Below, piece after piece: positions 46,825 through 59,200 of a stretch of 64,000 nucleotides of DNA. This DNA is from Flectonema sp. DT1601 (taxonomy: Eukaryota), in NCBI GenBank assembly GCA_964019425.1, contig OZ025793.1:620001-684000 (forward strand), given 5' to 3'. Below the pieces are notes generated by a model. That model was not told the origin of the DNA. It did no database searches and saw only the letters and a program-made list of their open reading frames with translations. Position 1 is the stretch's first letter; each line of letters opens with the position of its first letter. Position numbers and translations under genes: made by a program.

Positions 46825-46952
46825 CTGCGTTCAACGAAAAACTGTGCCAGGAGTCGACCCGAACACCGTGCTGCGCTTTGTGCGGTTGGAGCCGTAAGCG
46901 GACAACCAGCACCCCAGCAGGCAGTGGACAGCACGGGCTGCGTTCAACGAAA
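46825..46952. other. GC-rich structured island flanked by 15-bp direct repeats (possible short retroposed element or ncRNA)
   Basis: ctgcgttcaacgaaa at 46825-46839 and 46938-46952; nested internal hairpin ccgtgctg/cagcacgg, gtgc/gcac, ggttg/caacc, ccg-taag-cgg. Confidence 0.5.
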
Positions 46953-49187
46953 TATAAGGATAATCTGAATAGTTTTTTTAAATTTTATTGACTAACGCTA
47001 AGCCAGGTGACATACTCTTCTTTTCATTTTCTGAGTTGCAGCCCTTGTCTCGAAAAGCCAAGAAGGAAAAAAAAACTCTTTCTCAAATTACTTATTTTCT
47101 TGGGGGGGAAAACCCGCCTAAAAGCTTGTGCGACGCGAAGGCTGTTCGTATTCTGGTAATAAAGAAGGCAGTTTTGCGAAAGTCTGAAATGTGTTTTTTT
47201 TTTCATTGCCCCTCATCTAATCCTAAAGGAAGAACTAACTAACAAACCGACAAAGCTGTGTTGCATCTCTCAACTTTTTTAGGTAAATGACATAAGCTCT
47301 CACCAGAAGCGATTGTGCAATGCACGGAGAATTTTTCTTCCAGCTTTTGTCACTTGCGACACACTTCAGGATTGCGTTAGTGGTGGTGGTTAAAAACAGT
47401 AAACTGAATGAATGGGAAGAAATATAAAAAAAAAAATAAAAAAAAAGAATCGGCACCTCACTAAATAATTCTCACACTTTGTTTTTGTTTGTGCGCAACC
47501 GGATGAATAAGGGGGAAAAAAAGACACTAATAAGCTGTGCGACTCTTTTTTTGAGTGTTGATTTTTCAGTAAAAATACTTTTTAAAAATAACATCCCTTT
47601 TGAATAGTCGGTGAGAAGCACGTGAATTAATTGTATTTGGGATTTCGTTCAATTCAGTCGCTGCGTGATGGAAATATCCTCAGTGACTCATATGCACCAC
47701 TTTATGAGTGATGTCATCCCCTAGACCTTGTGTTTGCCTGCTTCTTAGAGTGATTTCTCAGGAGGTTTCTTGCGCTATTGTTTTTCCTAAAGACAAAAAA
47801 AAAAAAAAAAAAAAAAATTTATCAATGGCTTTTTGGTTTTATTAGCCTGAAAGAATAAATTATGTTTCCTGAATCTTTTTATTTATCTAATTGTTCTTGT
47901 TGTTCTTGTCCTCGTATCGATATATCCTCTCTTTTCATGCACATTGTTGGATGTTTAGTGCGAATTTTACTTTCCAGTCCTCTCTGTAGAGATCCCTTTA
48001 GGTTCAAACATGTTCGCATCGATAAATTTTGTTTTATCATTTTTTTTTTTTTTTTTTTTTTTTGATAGTATTCAATGCAATGCTAACAGGAAACTTTCGT
48101 AACGCGGAGCCCCGTTTGTTGAACAGAGCACTTATAGGGTGAGGAAGGTTAAAAGAATGTTGCAGGCTAGAGCTAGCAGGCTAGTTTGAGCGACGGTTTA
48201 AACTTTTTTTTTTTCTTTGCAAAGCAGACAATATATTTCTCGCTGTTTGACCTCCTGTTGCCACGACAGTTCTAGTTCGCTCAGTAGAGGTCTTCAGCTG
48301 CTGATGTTTCAACACTTCGATTATTCTCATTTATTGTGTACGAGACATAGTGATGCTTTATATCAACAAGTGATAGAGACGGAGCGCCTTACCCAGCATG
48401 TGAACATACATGGTGTTTACATTTAGAGGGGACCCAACTCTTCTGTTTTTTCTATTAAAATTGTTTTCGTCTTGCCAAGGGTTGTGACTGCCAACCGTTC
48501 CTCGTTTCTATAATCCGAAAGTATTTTTTTTTTTGCTTACCATTTCCTGTTGTCTTATCCCAGGGGTGTTTGCAATCACAATCTGTAATTAGTGTTGGTG
48601 CTCTCAAGGTTCGATTCTTTGGTGAAACACTGCATCAACAAAGTGTATGTCAGACTAGTTAATTGGTAGAGTCTACTGTAGCTGCCTGACTATACCTCCC
48701 GATGATATTATCGCCCGAGTAATTCTATTGTGAGGGTGAAATGAACCTGACCTATTTATTTATTGAAGAACCAAGGACCCGGAAGGGAACAAAAAAAAAA
48801 AAAAAAAAAAAAAGTTAAAATTTATGCTCTCAATTAACAAATGAAAAACAAAAGACGAAGTTCCTGTTTCTTTTTATGTTTTTCTTTTTTTTTTTTTTTA
48901 AAAAAAAAAAAACCCTCTCTCACCACCTTTACCGTTCTTTTGTTCGTCTTCTTTATACCAACATAGTTGAAGAGATGTCTTCCGATGTCAGCATTCTTTA
49001 GCTTTTCTTGGTTGGTTGTATCTGCTGACTACTATGAATGTTATTATATATATGTATGAACCCACACATTCTTACCACAGGAATATAAGCAATTCATCGT
49101 GCCTGCTGATTTTCAATAAATACAAGTATTGTCACTGAGTTTTTTATCTTTTTTTTCACAGGTGACCGCAGGGGGTCGTCAGTTAAA

Positions 49188-52145
49188 ATGACTGACTCGG
49201 GACTCGGGTCAGAAACACCTTCCGGAACAGATAAGAGGACAAGAAGTACTCCTCGTAAGAGTGGGGATGAGGCATATTCTCAAGCTAGAAAGTTGGAAGA
49301 AAAAGTAGCCAGGAGGGATAGCAGGATATCACTACTTCGAAACCAACTGGACCAAGTAAAAAAGAGAGAGATAATGCTCGTAAAGGAAGTCCAGCGGACC
49401 AGAGAACTCGCAGCTGACAGTGCGAGTGCAACGAGTAATCAGTTTGAGAAAATGAAGGCCTCATTATCAGCGACTCACGACCGTGAAAGAGTCTTACGAG
49501 ATCAGTTAGAAGTCGCAAGGAGTATGGCTTCTTTATCTTGTGCTTCATCCATCGCACCATCACCTGATCCTCACAAGCAAAGTCCGATGGTCTCTTTCAG
49601 AGACAGAGAGATTGATCATGATAAAATAAGAAATTTGGAATCACAACTGGCCAATCAAAAACAAAAGACCAAAGAAGTTGAGGTCAAGCTGCAACAACGA
49701 ACCGCTCCTATTACACCACCAGTTACGGCTGCTAACCCTCCGATTGCAGGAGTCGTTTCAAAAAGTGAGTTTTTCAATAACCTTAACAAACACTCTTGTC
49801 CATCTCAAAATGGTGTCGACTATCTGAAAAGTGTTACGGAAGGGGATTCGGATGAAGCTCCTCTTGAGTATGAAACGATCTTAACAGATGTCGCAAATAA
49901 TTGGGACTTATTACACCCTAAAACAACAGAAAGTGATAGTAAGAATGTCATACTCGAATCCCTTGCAGAACAAGGTGTTTCTCAAGAACTTATTAACTCG
50001 GCTGCTAACTGTGGAACGGTTTCAGAAGTTCTACAACTGTTAATGAACAACTCTCGTCAATCCCAACAGCAACTTGACACTTCTTCGATAATAAGAAATT
50101 TTACGTCTAATGGTGTTCCACAAGAGCATATTAATTCGTTGTCAAACCTTTCTGGAAATGAATTTCTCGCTACTTTAGCAGGTTTGCTATCAAGTACGAC
50201 TGTAAGCAATTCACAAGCAACTCCCCAAAGCAAGGCAGCTATTATAGAAACAGCACGTTGCAGTGGTGTATCAGAAAGTCTACTCAGAGCAATAGAACAA
50301 GGTAGTCAGAATGATGAATTCGATGTAAATCAAGTCTTGTTAAATCTCTCAACTGATCATCCACCAGCAGTGGATGCTTGCATTGCTTCTCTAACTGAAA
50401 GTAAAGTATCAGAGTTGGTTATTAATGCTGTTCAAAGTAAGGATACGAATGTTATTGACATTCATCAGACTTTAATAAAGATTTCAACAGTTACTAATGA
50501 ATTACAATCAGGAACAACTGAATACGTAAACAAAGATATTCTCATTCAGAAAGCCAGAGAACAGGGACTCAGCGATGACTGCATCGCTGGAATGGAAGAA
50601 GCAACAGGCGATGTAATTAGTGCTGTTGACTTAGTTGCGAAGATGTCAAAGAGGTGTAGCAAGAGTGAACTGCAAAACAACCTTCAAGGAAAGGTTAGTG
50701 ACGGAGTACTTGCAGAGATCGATCAACTACAAGACACTTTATCATACGAAGACGTTATTATTAAATTAGGTACTCTTGTTGATACATCCTGGCCTGTACC
50801 AGAGCATAACAACGTTCAGGACAACCCTCCAGAAGCTTCTAAAACATCTCTTGAACACGACACCCGTAACCTCGTTGACGGAAATTGGGTCCGCGCCTAC
50901 GATCCTTCTTCATCTATGTTTTACTTCATGTGTGCTGATGGCAGCCAAGAGAATACTTGGTACTGCCCACCGGAATTTGACATCACACGTGCCATTCCTC
51001 AAGAAGAACTCACCGGACAAGATGGTGATGTTGAGTTCGTAGGAATTAGTGACGGTAATGACCAGGTTGATAATGGTAATCAACTTGAACATCGTACTGA
51101 CGAGGACGACCCAGAGATTCAACAAGAACCTCACCAGACAGAGTACGAGCAAGGTCACCAGGAACCTCTGCCAGCTGACGACGCTACATTTGAATCGACT
51201 GCTCCACAACAGACGATGGAAAATGACGTGTCAGATGACAAAACGATTGAATCAACTGCTCCAGAACAGACGATGGAAAATGACGTGTCAGATGACAAAA
51301 CGATTGAATCGACTGCTCCACAACAGACGATGGAAAATGACGTGTCAGATGACAAAACGATTGAATCAACTGCTCCACAACAGACAACAGAAGATGAGGG
51401 AAATAATTATGACGCAGTAACAAATTCTATTATCCCTGATGAGAATACTCAACCACCTCCAGTCTTTGATACTCCTGGAGATTCTGCTGTTGACAACTCT
51501 GTTTGTAGTGGAAGTCAGGATGAAGTTACCTGGCCGGTTGGAACTAAAGCCCGTCTTGAGGCCGTACAGGTATGTTTAATCATTCATTAATAAAATGGTT
51601 ATCGGACAAAACAACAAACATTCCAAACAGGAAACAGTGAGAAAGCTCCTCCCACCTGGTGTAACTGAATTAGAGTTTTTTGGAAAACCTCCTGAGACCA
51701 TCGAATCAATCGAGGCTAGACTGATGGGTATGCTTTATATTTATTCTTTAAAATATGCTTACAGTCCTGTAAGACATTCACCAACTAGTCGAGACTCAGC
51801 ATGGGTGCCACGGAAGGCCTCTTCTTTAGCGAGAGTGATAATCTTCCTCCAGTCCTACTGCGAGATTCCTTTTCTGTTCCTTTTTTTTGTACACACCAGC
51901 CGTGGTCTAGTCTTAAATTTAGTGACACGAAAATAAATAAATAAAACAAAACAATAACAGCCTCCAGCCCTGAGGCACGGAAATCAGCACCGACGATCTC
52001 ACAAGATGCGCTTGTAAGTGGCGAGGTATGTCATTTAGCTAAAGTTTTATTGAGATGACGTCTTTGTTACATAATGTAAGTTAACAATGAATAACAATCA
52101 CAGGCGGCACTCAGCATCCCTGCGGGTGTCTTCTCTTTTGATTAA
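49188..52145 (+). CDS. Hypothetical protein with N-terminal coiled coil, helical repeats, WW-like domain and acidic repeats; exons 49188-51569, 51631-51727, 51961-52025, 52104-52145
   Basis: Long first exon (800-aa track ORF); WW-like GNWVRAYDPSSSMFYF..TWYCPP. Three gtatg..cag introns keep the frame to TAA at 52143-52145. The last two exons are less certain. Confidence 0.75.
51192..51386 (+). repeat. 57-bp coding tandem repeat (ESTAPQQTMENDVSDDKTI), about 3.4 copies
   Basis: Units start at 51192, 51249, 51306 and 51363. Confidence 0.95.
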
Positions 52146-52839
52146 ATCGACTGAAGCATTGCTTTGAGTAGTCTCCGATTGCGGTTCGTAATTTGTGGTG
52201 CTTAAGCTGCATCACCAATGAATGAACGGATTCACCCTTAGACTTTATGACTGAGAATTGTCACGCATTTTGTTAAGTTGGAGTTTTAAGAAGACGACCA
52301 CAAACGATGGTTTCCTACCTTCCTGCTGAGTCTGTTTTTAAACTGATATTTAGACTCGTGTAAGTCAGGTGCATGCTATGGTAGAAATTAGTAAAAAAAA
52401 AAAAAAAAAAAAACTGATGGAAAAAGATTATAGAAAAAGCCTTTTAACAAGAAGCACGGTGAAACAATAAAAAAAAAAAATAAAAAAAACGAAAAGAGAG
52501 AGAAAAAGTAAGAAAAGGAAAAAGAATAGAAGGAGAGAAAAAAAAAAAGAAGAAGTAAAACAAAAAAGCCGAAACAGTCTTTCTTCACTCACCACAATCC
52601 GCAAGTGTATCAAAGGCCTAGTGTGACAGCAGGCAACAGAGCAGTTCCTGCGCCATGAAAAATCTGTTTTGTCTTGATTGTTATATTATTGTGTGTAGGA
52701 AGATAAGTAAAAAATTCTACGCACAGAAGAATCAAAAAAACATGTGATATCGCTTGTTAATATAACAATAGTTTTTCTTCAACAAATAGTGTAACGAAGA
52801 ACCAAATCCATTATAATTAACTCTCTTCCATCAGGTCTC

Positions 52840-54408
52840 ATGACGGATAACCCAATAGCATCGCAATATGCCCCCCCACTAACACAAAAGTATGCAGTCC
52901 AGAGTATTTTTGATGAAATCGATGGTCTGGTACAAGAAGTAGAAAATCGTGAGGCACTATGTGATGGAAAATTGTCGAGAAAAGCATCTATAGTTTCGAA
53001 AACAAGGAGCAGAGGTGGAAGTAGCAAAGCAGGCAGCAGAGCACCTTCATTTGTGGATGATGCGCTTACTCAAAACAACAACAGCAAACGAAGAAATCGA
53101 CTGACTTCCCGACCTGACATTGATAAGAGACACCGCTTATCATTATCAGATAGACGAGTATTATCAAAAGTCGAAGGAATGACCGAAGAAGATAAAGATG
53201 AACTAGAACAACGATACCAAGAATACAAAAGACAAGATCGAGAGAAACAACAAGCACTAAAAGTACTTAACGATGAAGATATTAAAAAACCTGAAAAGCG
53301 AATATCAGACTTAAAAAGACGCTTCGAAGACGAAGCCTCACATGGAGACAACGTACAGCAGCAACGTCGCGAGCGGCAAGAAGCATCTGAAAAAACAATG
53401 CAACTAGAAATAGCCCTCCGACAAGAAGACCGAGACCTTACTACTCGCCGCAATAAAAGGCTTTTGGTAATAATAACTCAGACGATATTCGCTAAAAAAC
53501 TACTAACAGCACTCTCAGACCGCGATGAACGACAACGGAAAATCCATTATTTTCGAACTGTGTGGCAACCCAGAGTTTGGGCTGCCCTCGCCATGATTAA
53601 ACTCCGCGCTGCCCTTCGAAGAAACATGTTCATGCGTTACTTTGTGAAGAAAATGAGATATAGACGTAAAACAACCAGCGTTAAACTCATCGTTTTAGCA
53701 TTAAGAGACAGAAAGAAAAGACTCTCCGTAAGAGTTCTATACAGGGCAGCTATTAAAGTCCAGAGATGGTGGAGATGGGCGAATAGTGAGAGGAAATCAA
53801 GAGCACTGTTACTGAGCTTGCAATGGGATCTAATGTGGGATTCATTTTATGAAAAGAAACTAGCAGAAGGAAATGATGTAATAAGCATCCCTGGTGAAAT
53901 AAAATATCGAGTCCTACGTAACGTAATTAGACGAAAGGCTATCAACCACGCTGATACTTTAGTAGAATTGGAGGTACTTCGAACAGAAACAAAGAAGGCT
54001 GTTGAGAGTGGAAAAACTCGCATAGAAGACTTGGATCCGACTACACGAATGCTACTTCACTCGGACCATGTTCCTCGATTAAAATATTTAATGAGAGCTG
54101 ATGAAGTACAAATGGCTATAGAAGCAGCATACGCACACACTAAAAAGGCAATGAAAGAAAATAAATGGCATTCAAAACGTGAAGACGGCTCTCGCAGTGA
54201 AATTGAACAACAAGAAGAATCTGCCTGGGAATGGATCATTGGATATTATGACAAGACTCGGAAATCTATTGTTCAAGTGGCAGAAGACCGAAAGGTTGCT
54301 GAAGAAGAAGAACAAATGAAAGTTGAGAAGACAGTTGGCTACGATGTGAAGACGGGAAGAAAGATAATTAAATTGTCTCGTAAATCTGACGCTTCTTCAA
54401 CAAGTTGA
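52840..54408 (+). CDS. Hypothetical coiled-coil protein with IQ-like calmodulin-binding motif(s), 522 aa
   Basis: Long ORF; charged heptad region; RAAIKVQRWWR is IQ-like. Confidence 0.8.
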   Translation: MTDNPIASQYAPPLTQKYAVQSIFDEIDGLVQEVENREALCDGKLSRKASIVSKTRSRGGSSKAGSRAPSFVDDALTQNNNSKRRNRLTSRPDIDKRHRLSLSDRRVLSKVEGMTEEDKDELEQRYQEYKRQDREKQQALKVLNDEDIKKPEKRISDLKRRFEDEASHGDNVQQQRRERQEASEKTMQLEIALRQEDRDLTTRRNKRLLVIITQTIFAKKLLTALSDRDERQRKIHYFRTVWQPRVWAALAMIKLRAALRRNMFMRYFVKKMRYRRKTTSVKLIVLALRDRKKRLSVRVLYRAAIKVQRWWRWANSERKSRALLLSLQWDLMWDSFYEKKLAEGNDVISIPGEIKYRVLRNVIRRKAINHADTLVELEVLRTETKKAVESGKTRIEDLDPTTRMLLHSDHVPRLKYLMRADEVQMAIEAAYAHTKKAMKENKWHSKREDGSRSEIEQQEESAWEWIIGYYDKTRKSIVQVAEDRKVAEEEEQMKVEKTVGYDVKTGRKIIKLSRKSDASSTS

Positions 54409-54777
54409 AGCTTTGAATTCCTTCTCTGGATGCGAACATTCCGCAACCTGAAAGCAGAGAACCGAAGTGACGACATTTTTCTTTTTTTTTTTTTTTATTA
54501 GTTGTGAGTTATATTGCTTTTTCCCACACTGCTTCCCAGCAGTGTTTTCACTTTTCCACTTACACCTTCTGTTCTTGTTATTGTTTTCAAAAAAAAAAAA
54601 AAAAAAAGAAGAAAACCTGAAATCTACGCAACCCTATATTTGTTTTCCTTTCTCGTTTTTGAACTCAACTCAAGAGGATCACCAATCGAGGAAGACTTTG
54701 CTTATTTATTAGATTTTTATAATAATAATAAAAAAACACAATTTGAGAATATTATTTTTTTCAGCTCTGTAAATAAA

Positions 54778-55194
54778 ATGGACGACCGAGGAGGGTGGGG
54801 AAAGCAAAATGATCGCCCGAGCACGACTTCAAGTTGCGACTCTCTGGCTGCATGTGAAATGAATGAATTTGTGTCTGATATTAAAGTAGAGTTGGTTGAG
54901 AAGTTCGGGGCAGCAGGGAGGATAACTACAACAGAATTGAGTTGTGCCTTAACAATTATGGGACTGGAATCCAATGAAAATCTAGTCAACAGTATTTGGA
55001 AGGAAACAAGTCAACCAGACACAGCAAGACTTCCCATACAGGATATATTACTTCATATTGATAAGTGTTTGAGAGCGGCAACTCCATCTGACTGCTCGAC
55101 CCCTTCCACTTCTCAGTCTCGGCGATCTAAGAAATCAGAAGCCCCGTCAATCCTGTGGTGGGGAATTCAACAACCAATAGCGGATTCTGTTTGA
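54778..55194 (+). CDS. Small hypothetical protein with degenerate EF-hand-like pair (138 aa); possibly truncated
   Basis: ATG at 54778 follows the poly-T acceptor ttttttttcag; GRITTTELSCALTIMG resembles an EF-hand exit helix; composition looks coding. Confidence 0.45.
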   Translation: MDDRGGWGKQNDRPSTTSSCDSLAACEMNEFVSDIKVELVEKFGAAGRITTTELSCALTIMGLESNENLVNSIWKETSQPDTARLPIQDILLHIDKCLRAATPSDCSTPSTSQSRRSKKSEAPSILWWGIQQPIADSV

Positions 55195-56251
55195 TATCAT
55201 CCTCTCTTTTCTATTCTGATGAGGTTGTTGAGCCAGTGACTGATTCACTTCTTCCCATCTCTTATCACTAATCCCCCTTAGCATTAGTTACTGAAAGAAG
55301 GTACGTCTTGACGGTTCCTTTCTGGGTTTCCGTCTTTTGTTTTCTAATCATTCATGTAATACGTACACGAGAGTTGTCTTTCATTTATTCTTTCTTTCCT
55401 TTTCTTAATCTGATCCTGCTGAGGTTGAGATTAGTGGTTGGCTGACTTTATTAGTGTTTCGAAAGGAAGATAACTATCAACTCTGAAAATTCAATTATTG
55501 TTGTTACCTTTTGAAAGGTTTTTACATAAATTGAAAAAAAAAAAAAAAGTGACCTGTCCTTGCCACGCGAATCGCTAAAAGAACGATTTTATTAAAGCAG
55601 TGTGGACCTCGTGTGTTTTCATTTCCAAAAAGTGTAGTCGCAAACTCGTTTTGGTAGCTACACTTAACTAGCTTCTGGTCTGCACTTTTCTTTTAGCCTG
55701 ACTGAATGAACCAGATGATTATTGTGAACCCAGTTAGTTGATTTTGTTATCTTTTTGATATTGAAGGGGAGGAACCTGTTCTTGCGGCTTTCCTTTTCAG
55801 GTTGTCGTAATATCAACAAGTTTATTGTTAGAGAGAAATGAATATTAAAATACTCGAAACTGATTACTCAATACGTTCTTAATTAAAGGTGAAGTACTTT
55901 AGTGATTGTTAACTGTTTAGTAATAATTACTTAGAGATCCCTTTCAACTATTTCTTCCTCTCTCTTAGTCAAGCGCGAAGACAGGCATCCCGTTTGTTTA
56001 GTAGCTTGCGCACTTTTTTTCTTCTTCTTTTTTTTTCCTTTTTCACATTTACAAAGTACCATTCCTGTCCCTTTATTTTAATTGCCATCATCCTTGCTGG
56101 TTTATCCCAATAGTACAGTTGTGGTTGTTTTGGGAGAGTTGGAAATGTTATTTATTTTACAGTCTCGGTGATGACACAGATCCTTTACCTCTCGTTGTGT
56201 ATTGTGTTTTAAATTTAGTTTTATTGCACCCAAACAGCCCCAACAGAAAGT

Positions 56252-59200
56252 ATGGGGTGCGCAGATTCGAAACCGGCACGTCCTCCTCGTCAGCCAGTGA
56301 CAAAGAGGAAACCGCCGCCAACTGTGAAGCCTCCAACAAAGGCAGCACCTCCAAAAGCAGCACCGGTAAAGAGTGAGACTCCAAGAAAACAAATTGAAGT
56401 GTCGGATGAGAACAGCCCGCCACCGCAACCGGCAAAGGTAGTTCCTGAACCGTACAGAGAGACTCCAATAAAAGAAGTAGAAGTTGAACCTTTCGTAGAA
56501 GAAGAGGAAGAAGAAGAACACGATGATATGACAGGAAGCACATCTTCTGAAGACAGTGAAGGTATTCGTACGATGGGTACCGCTGATGATGACGAAGACT
56601 CATTCTCTGAAGAACTTGCCCCTCCTGCTAATGAAGATTTGATCCACGCAGTCGAACATGGAAAGGCTGACGCAGTTGAAGAACTTCTCTTAAAGGGTAT
56701 TTCCCCAAATGGTATGAATCACGGAATGACTCCTCTTCATAGAGCAGCATTTAGAGTTGAGAAAGCAACTTATCCAATTATACGACTCTTAGTTAAATAT
56801 GATGCTAACGTTAATGGAAAAGATTCATCAGGAGGAAGACCACTACACTCAGCTGCAAGACAAAAGAATCCAGACGCTGTGAAAGCATTGTTAACAGGTC
56901 CTACTATTGCTGATCCATTAGCAAAGAATCGAAATGGTGAAACACCAATTCACACTGCTGCTTCTACTGATAATATAGATACTTTAAGTCGTCTAATTGA
57001 TGCTTGTCATAATACAAAGGATGCAGTCACTTCAACAACATCTTCTGGAAATACTCCTCTACATCTCGCAGCACACCGCGGACGACTCAACTCCGTGTCT
57101 GTGTTAATTGAGCTTCATCGTCAACATCAAGTGACACTCGATCCATTAAATAACGGAGGCTATACTCCAATTCAGGAAGCAGCTCTCGAGGGTCACACGG
57201 CTATCGTTAAGACTTTGAAAGAAGCTGGGGCAACATACGACGTTGTAACCCGTGAAGCTTGCGCCAGAAACAATAGTTCATCGTACCAAATTATTCCAAA
57301 AACATCAAATAATATAAAGAATGGTAAGAAAAAGGCAAGTAAAGCCAACAGTGGTAGTGGCAAGCGATTCAGTGCCGCTGCCAAGAAAAACAGTGAAGTC
57401 GGAATAAAGAAGAAGACTTCTGGAATTACTAAAGCGAACAGCGGAAGTGGAAAACAAAGTGGAACTGGTTTGAAAAAGAAAGCGAAAAAGACAACGAGTG
57501 GCAGGACACCACCACCTCCCAAACTCCAGGAAGTTAGACAGCAATCGAACCAGAATAGTGTTCGGGCTGTTGCTGCATCTCCTGTTATTCCGACTACTCC
57601 TCAACTTTCTAAAACAAACTACAGCAGCCACTCACTAAAGCAGTGGCAGAAGGGACGTACCCTTGGAAAAGGAGCTTTTGGATCAGTCTGCGAGGCTCTT
57701 CTTCGGTATGAAATACATCACAACATTTGTAATAATATTTAATAAGTAAGTTCTAAGGACTAAAATAATAATAAAACAGAGATGGATCCCTTCTGGCTGT
57801 AAAACTCATTCAATTCGATGTCGAAGATAAAAAGGAAACCGAACTCGTAACTCAAGAGTTTGAATTAATTAAAAACTTAAATCATATAAACATCCTTCAG
57901 GTATGTATTTCCCTTATCCAATATCTATAAAGCCTTGCTTTCCTTCCTCCCAAATATGATGATCTACATAAGCAGTCTCCCTCTTCCGAATGGTTTTGAC
58001 GAATACCTGCTTTATCGAACCTAATTACTAAGCCCTGATTGTGTCTTTTATTCTCGTTTTCTCTCTGATTCTATCCGATGAAGATAAAAAAGCACCCTCT
58101 CCGGTCTCAAGGAAACCATGCGAGACACTTGTACAGCTTTTAAAACCCCGTTACCCGTCTGAGGATTTGTTTTGAATTCCCGTCTGTTGTTATCGTTCTC
58201 AACGACAACCTGTATTACGATATGATGATCTACATAAGCAGTCTCCCTCTTCCGAATGGTTTTGACGAATACCTGCTTTATCGAACCTAATTACTAAGCC
58301 CTGATTGTGTCTTTTATTCTCGTTTTCTCTCTGATTCTATCCGATGAAGATAAAAAAGCACCCTCTCCGGTCTCAAGGAAACCATGCGAGACACTTGTAC
58401 AGCTTTTAAAACCCCGTTACCCGTCTGAGGATTTGTTTTGAATTCCCGTCTGTTGTTATCGTTCTCAACGACAACCTGTATTACGATATGATGATCTACA
58501 TAAGCAGTCTCCCTCTTCCGAATGGTTTTGACGAATACCTGCTTTATCGAACCTAATAACTAAGCCCTGATTGACCTTTGAAATCTTTTGTTTTGCCCTT
58601 TTTCATTCACTCCTTTTAACCACTTCCTAGTGTCCTTGTTATCCGATGAAGATAAAAAAGCACCCTCTCCGGTCTCAAGGAAATCATGCGAGACACTTGT
58701 ACAGCTTTTAAAACCCCGTTACCCGTCTGAGGATGAGTTGCTTTCCTGCCTGGTGTTTTTTTCATTTAGTGAATTTAAACTAACTAAACAACAACACCAA
58801 CAGTATTATGGAATTAATATTGATCACAAAAATAGTCAGCTTCAGATATTCATGGAAATGGCTCCAAAGGGTTCTGTTGCATCTCTCGTGAAAAGTATCG
58901 GAGATGCGCTCTCGGTATGTTAGCTTGCTTATTAAACATTCACTCTTAATATTAAAGAAAAAATAAATATGAATTCACAACGCAGGTAAATGTAATTCGA
59001 AACTTCACAATTCAAATTCTTCAAGGCTGCCATTACCTCCACGAGAGAGGTATTATTCACAGAGATATTAAGGGTGATAATTTACTCATAGGTGAGGGTA
59101 ACGTAATAAAGCTCGCCGACTTCGGAAGTAGCAGACAGTTCGACAACTTAGTCACTGCAGGTAAATGCAATACTCTAATCGGGACACCACTGTGGATGGC

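Larger units (their letters stand above)
57954..58734 (+). repeat. 266-bp tandem repeat (about 3 units) inside kinase intron 2 (57901-58803)
   Basis: Units start at 57954, 58220 and 58486; the third has a replaced internal spacer. Confidence 0.95.

Noticed and set aside
43020..48426. Numerous 60-120 aa ORFs rich in Phe/Lys (also 316-1183, 10244-14053, 59615-62162)
   Set aside because: Translations of poly-T/poly-A tracts in non-coding DNA.
48560..48635. tRNA-like T arm caagg-ttcgatt-ctttg
   Set aside because: No D arm, anticodon arm or correctly spaced acceptor stem could be built.
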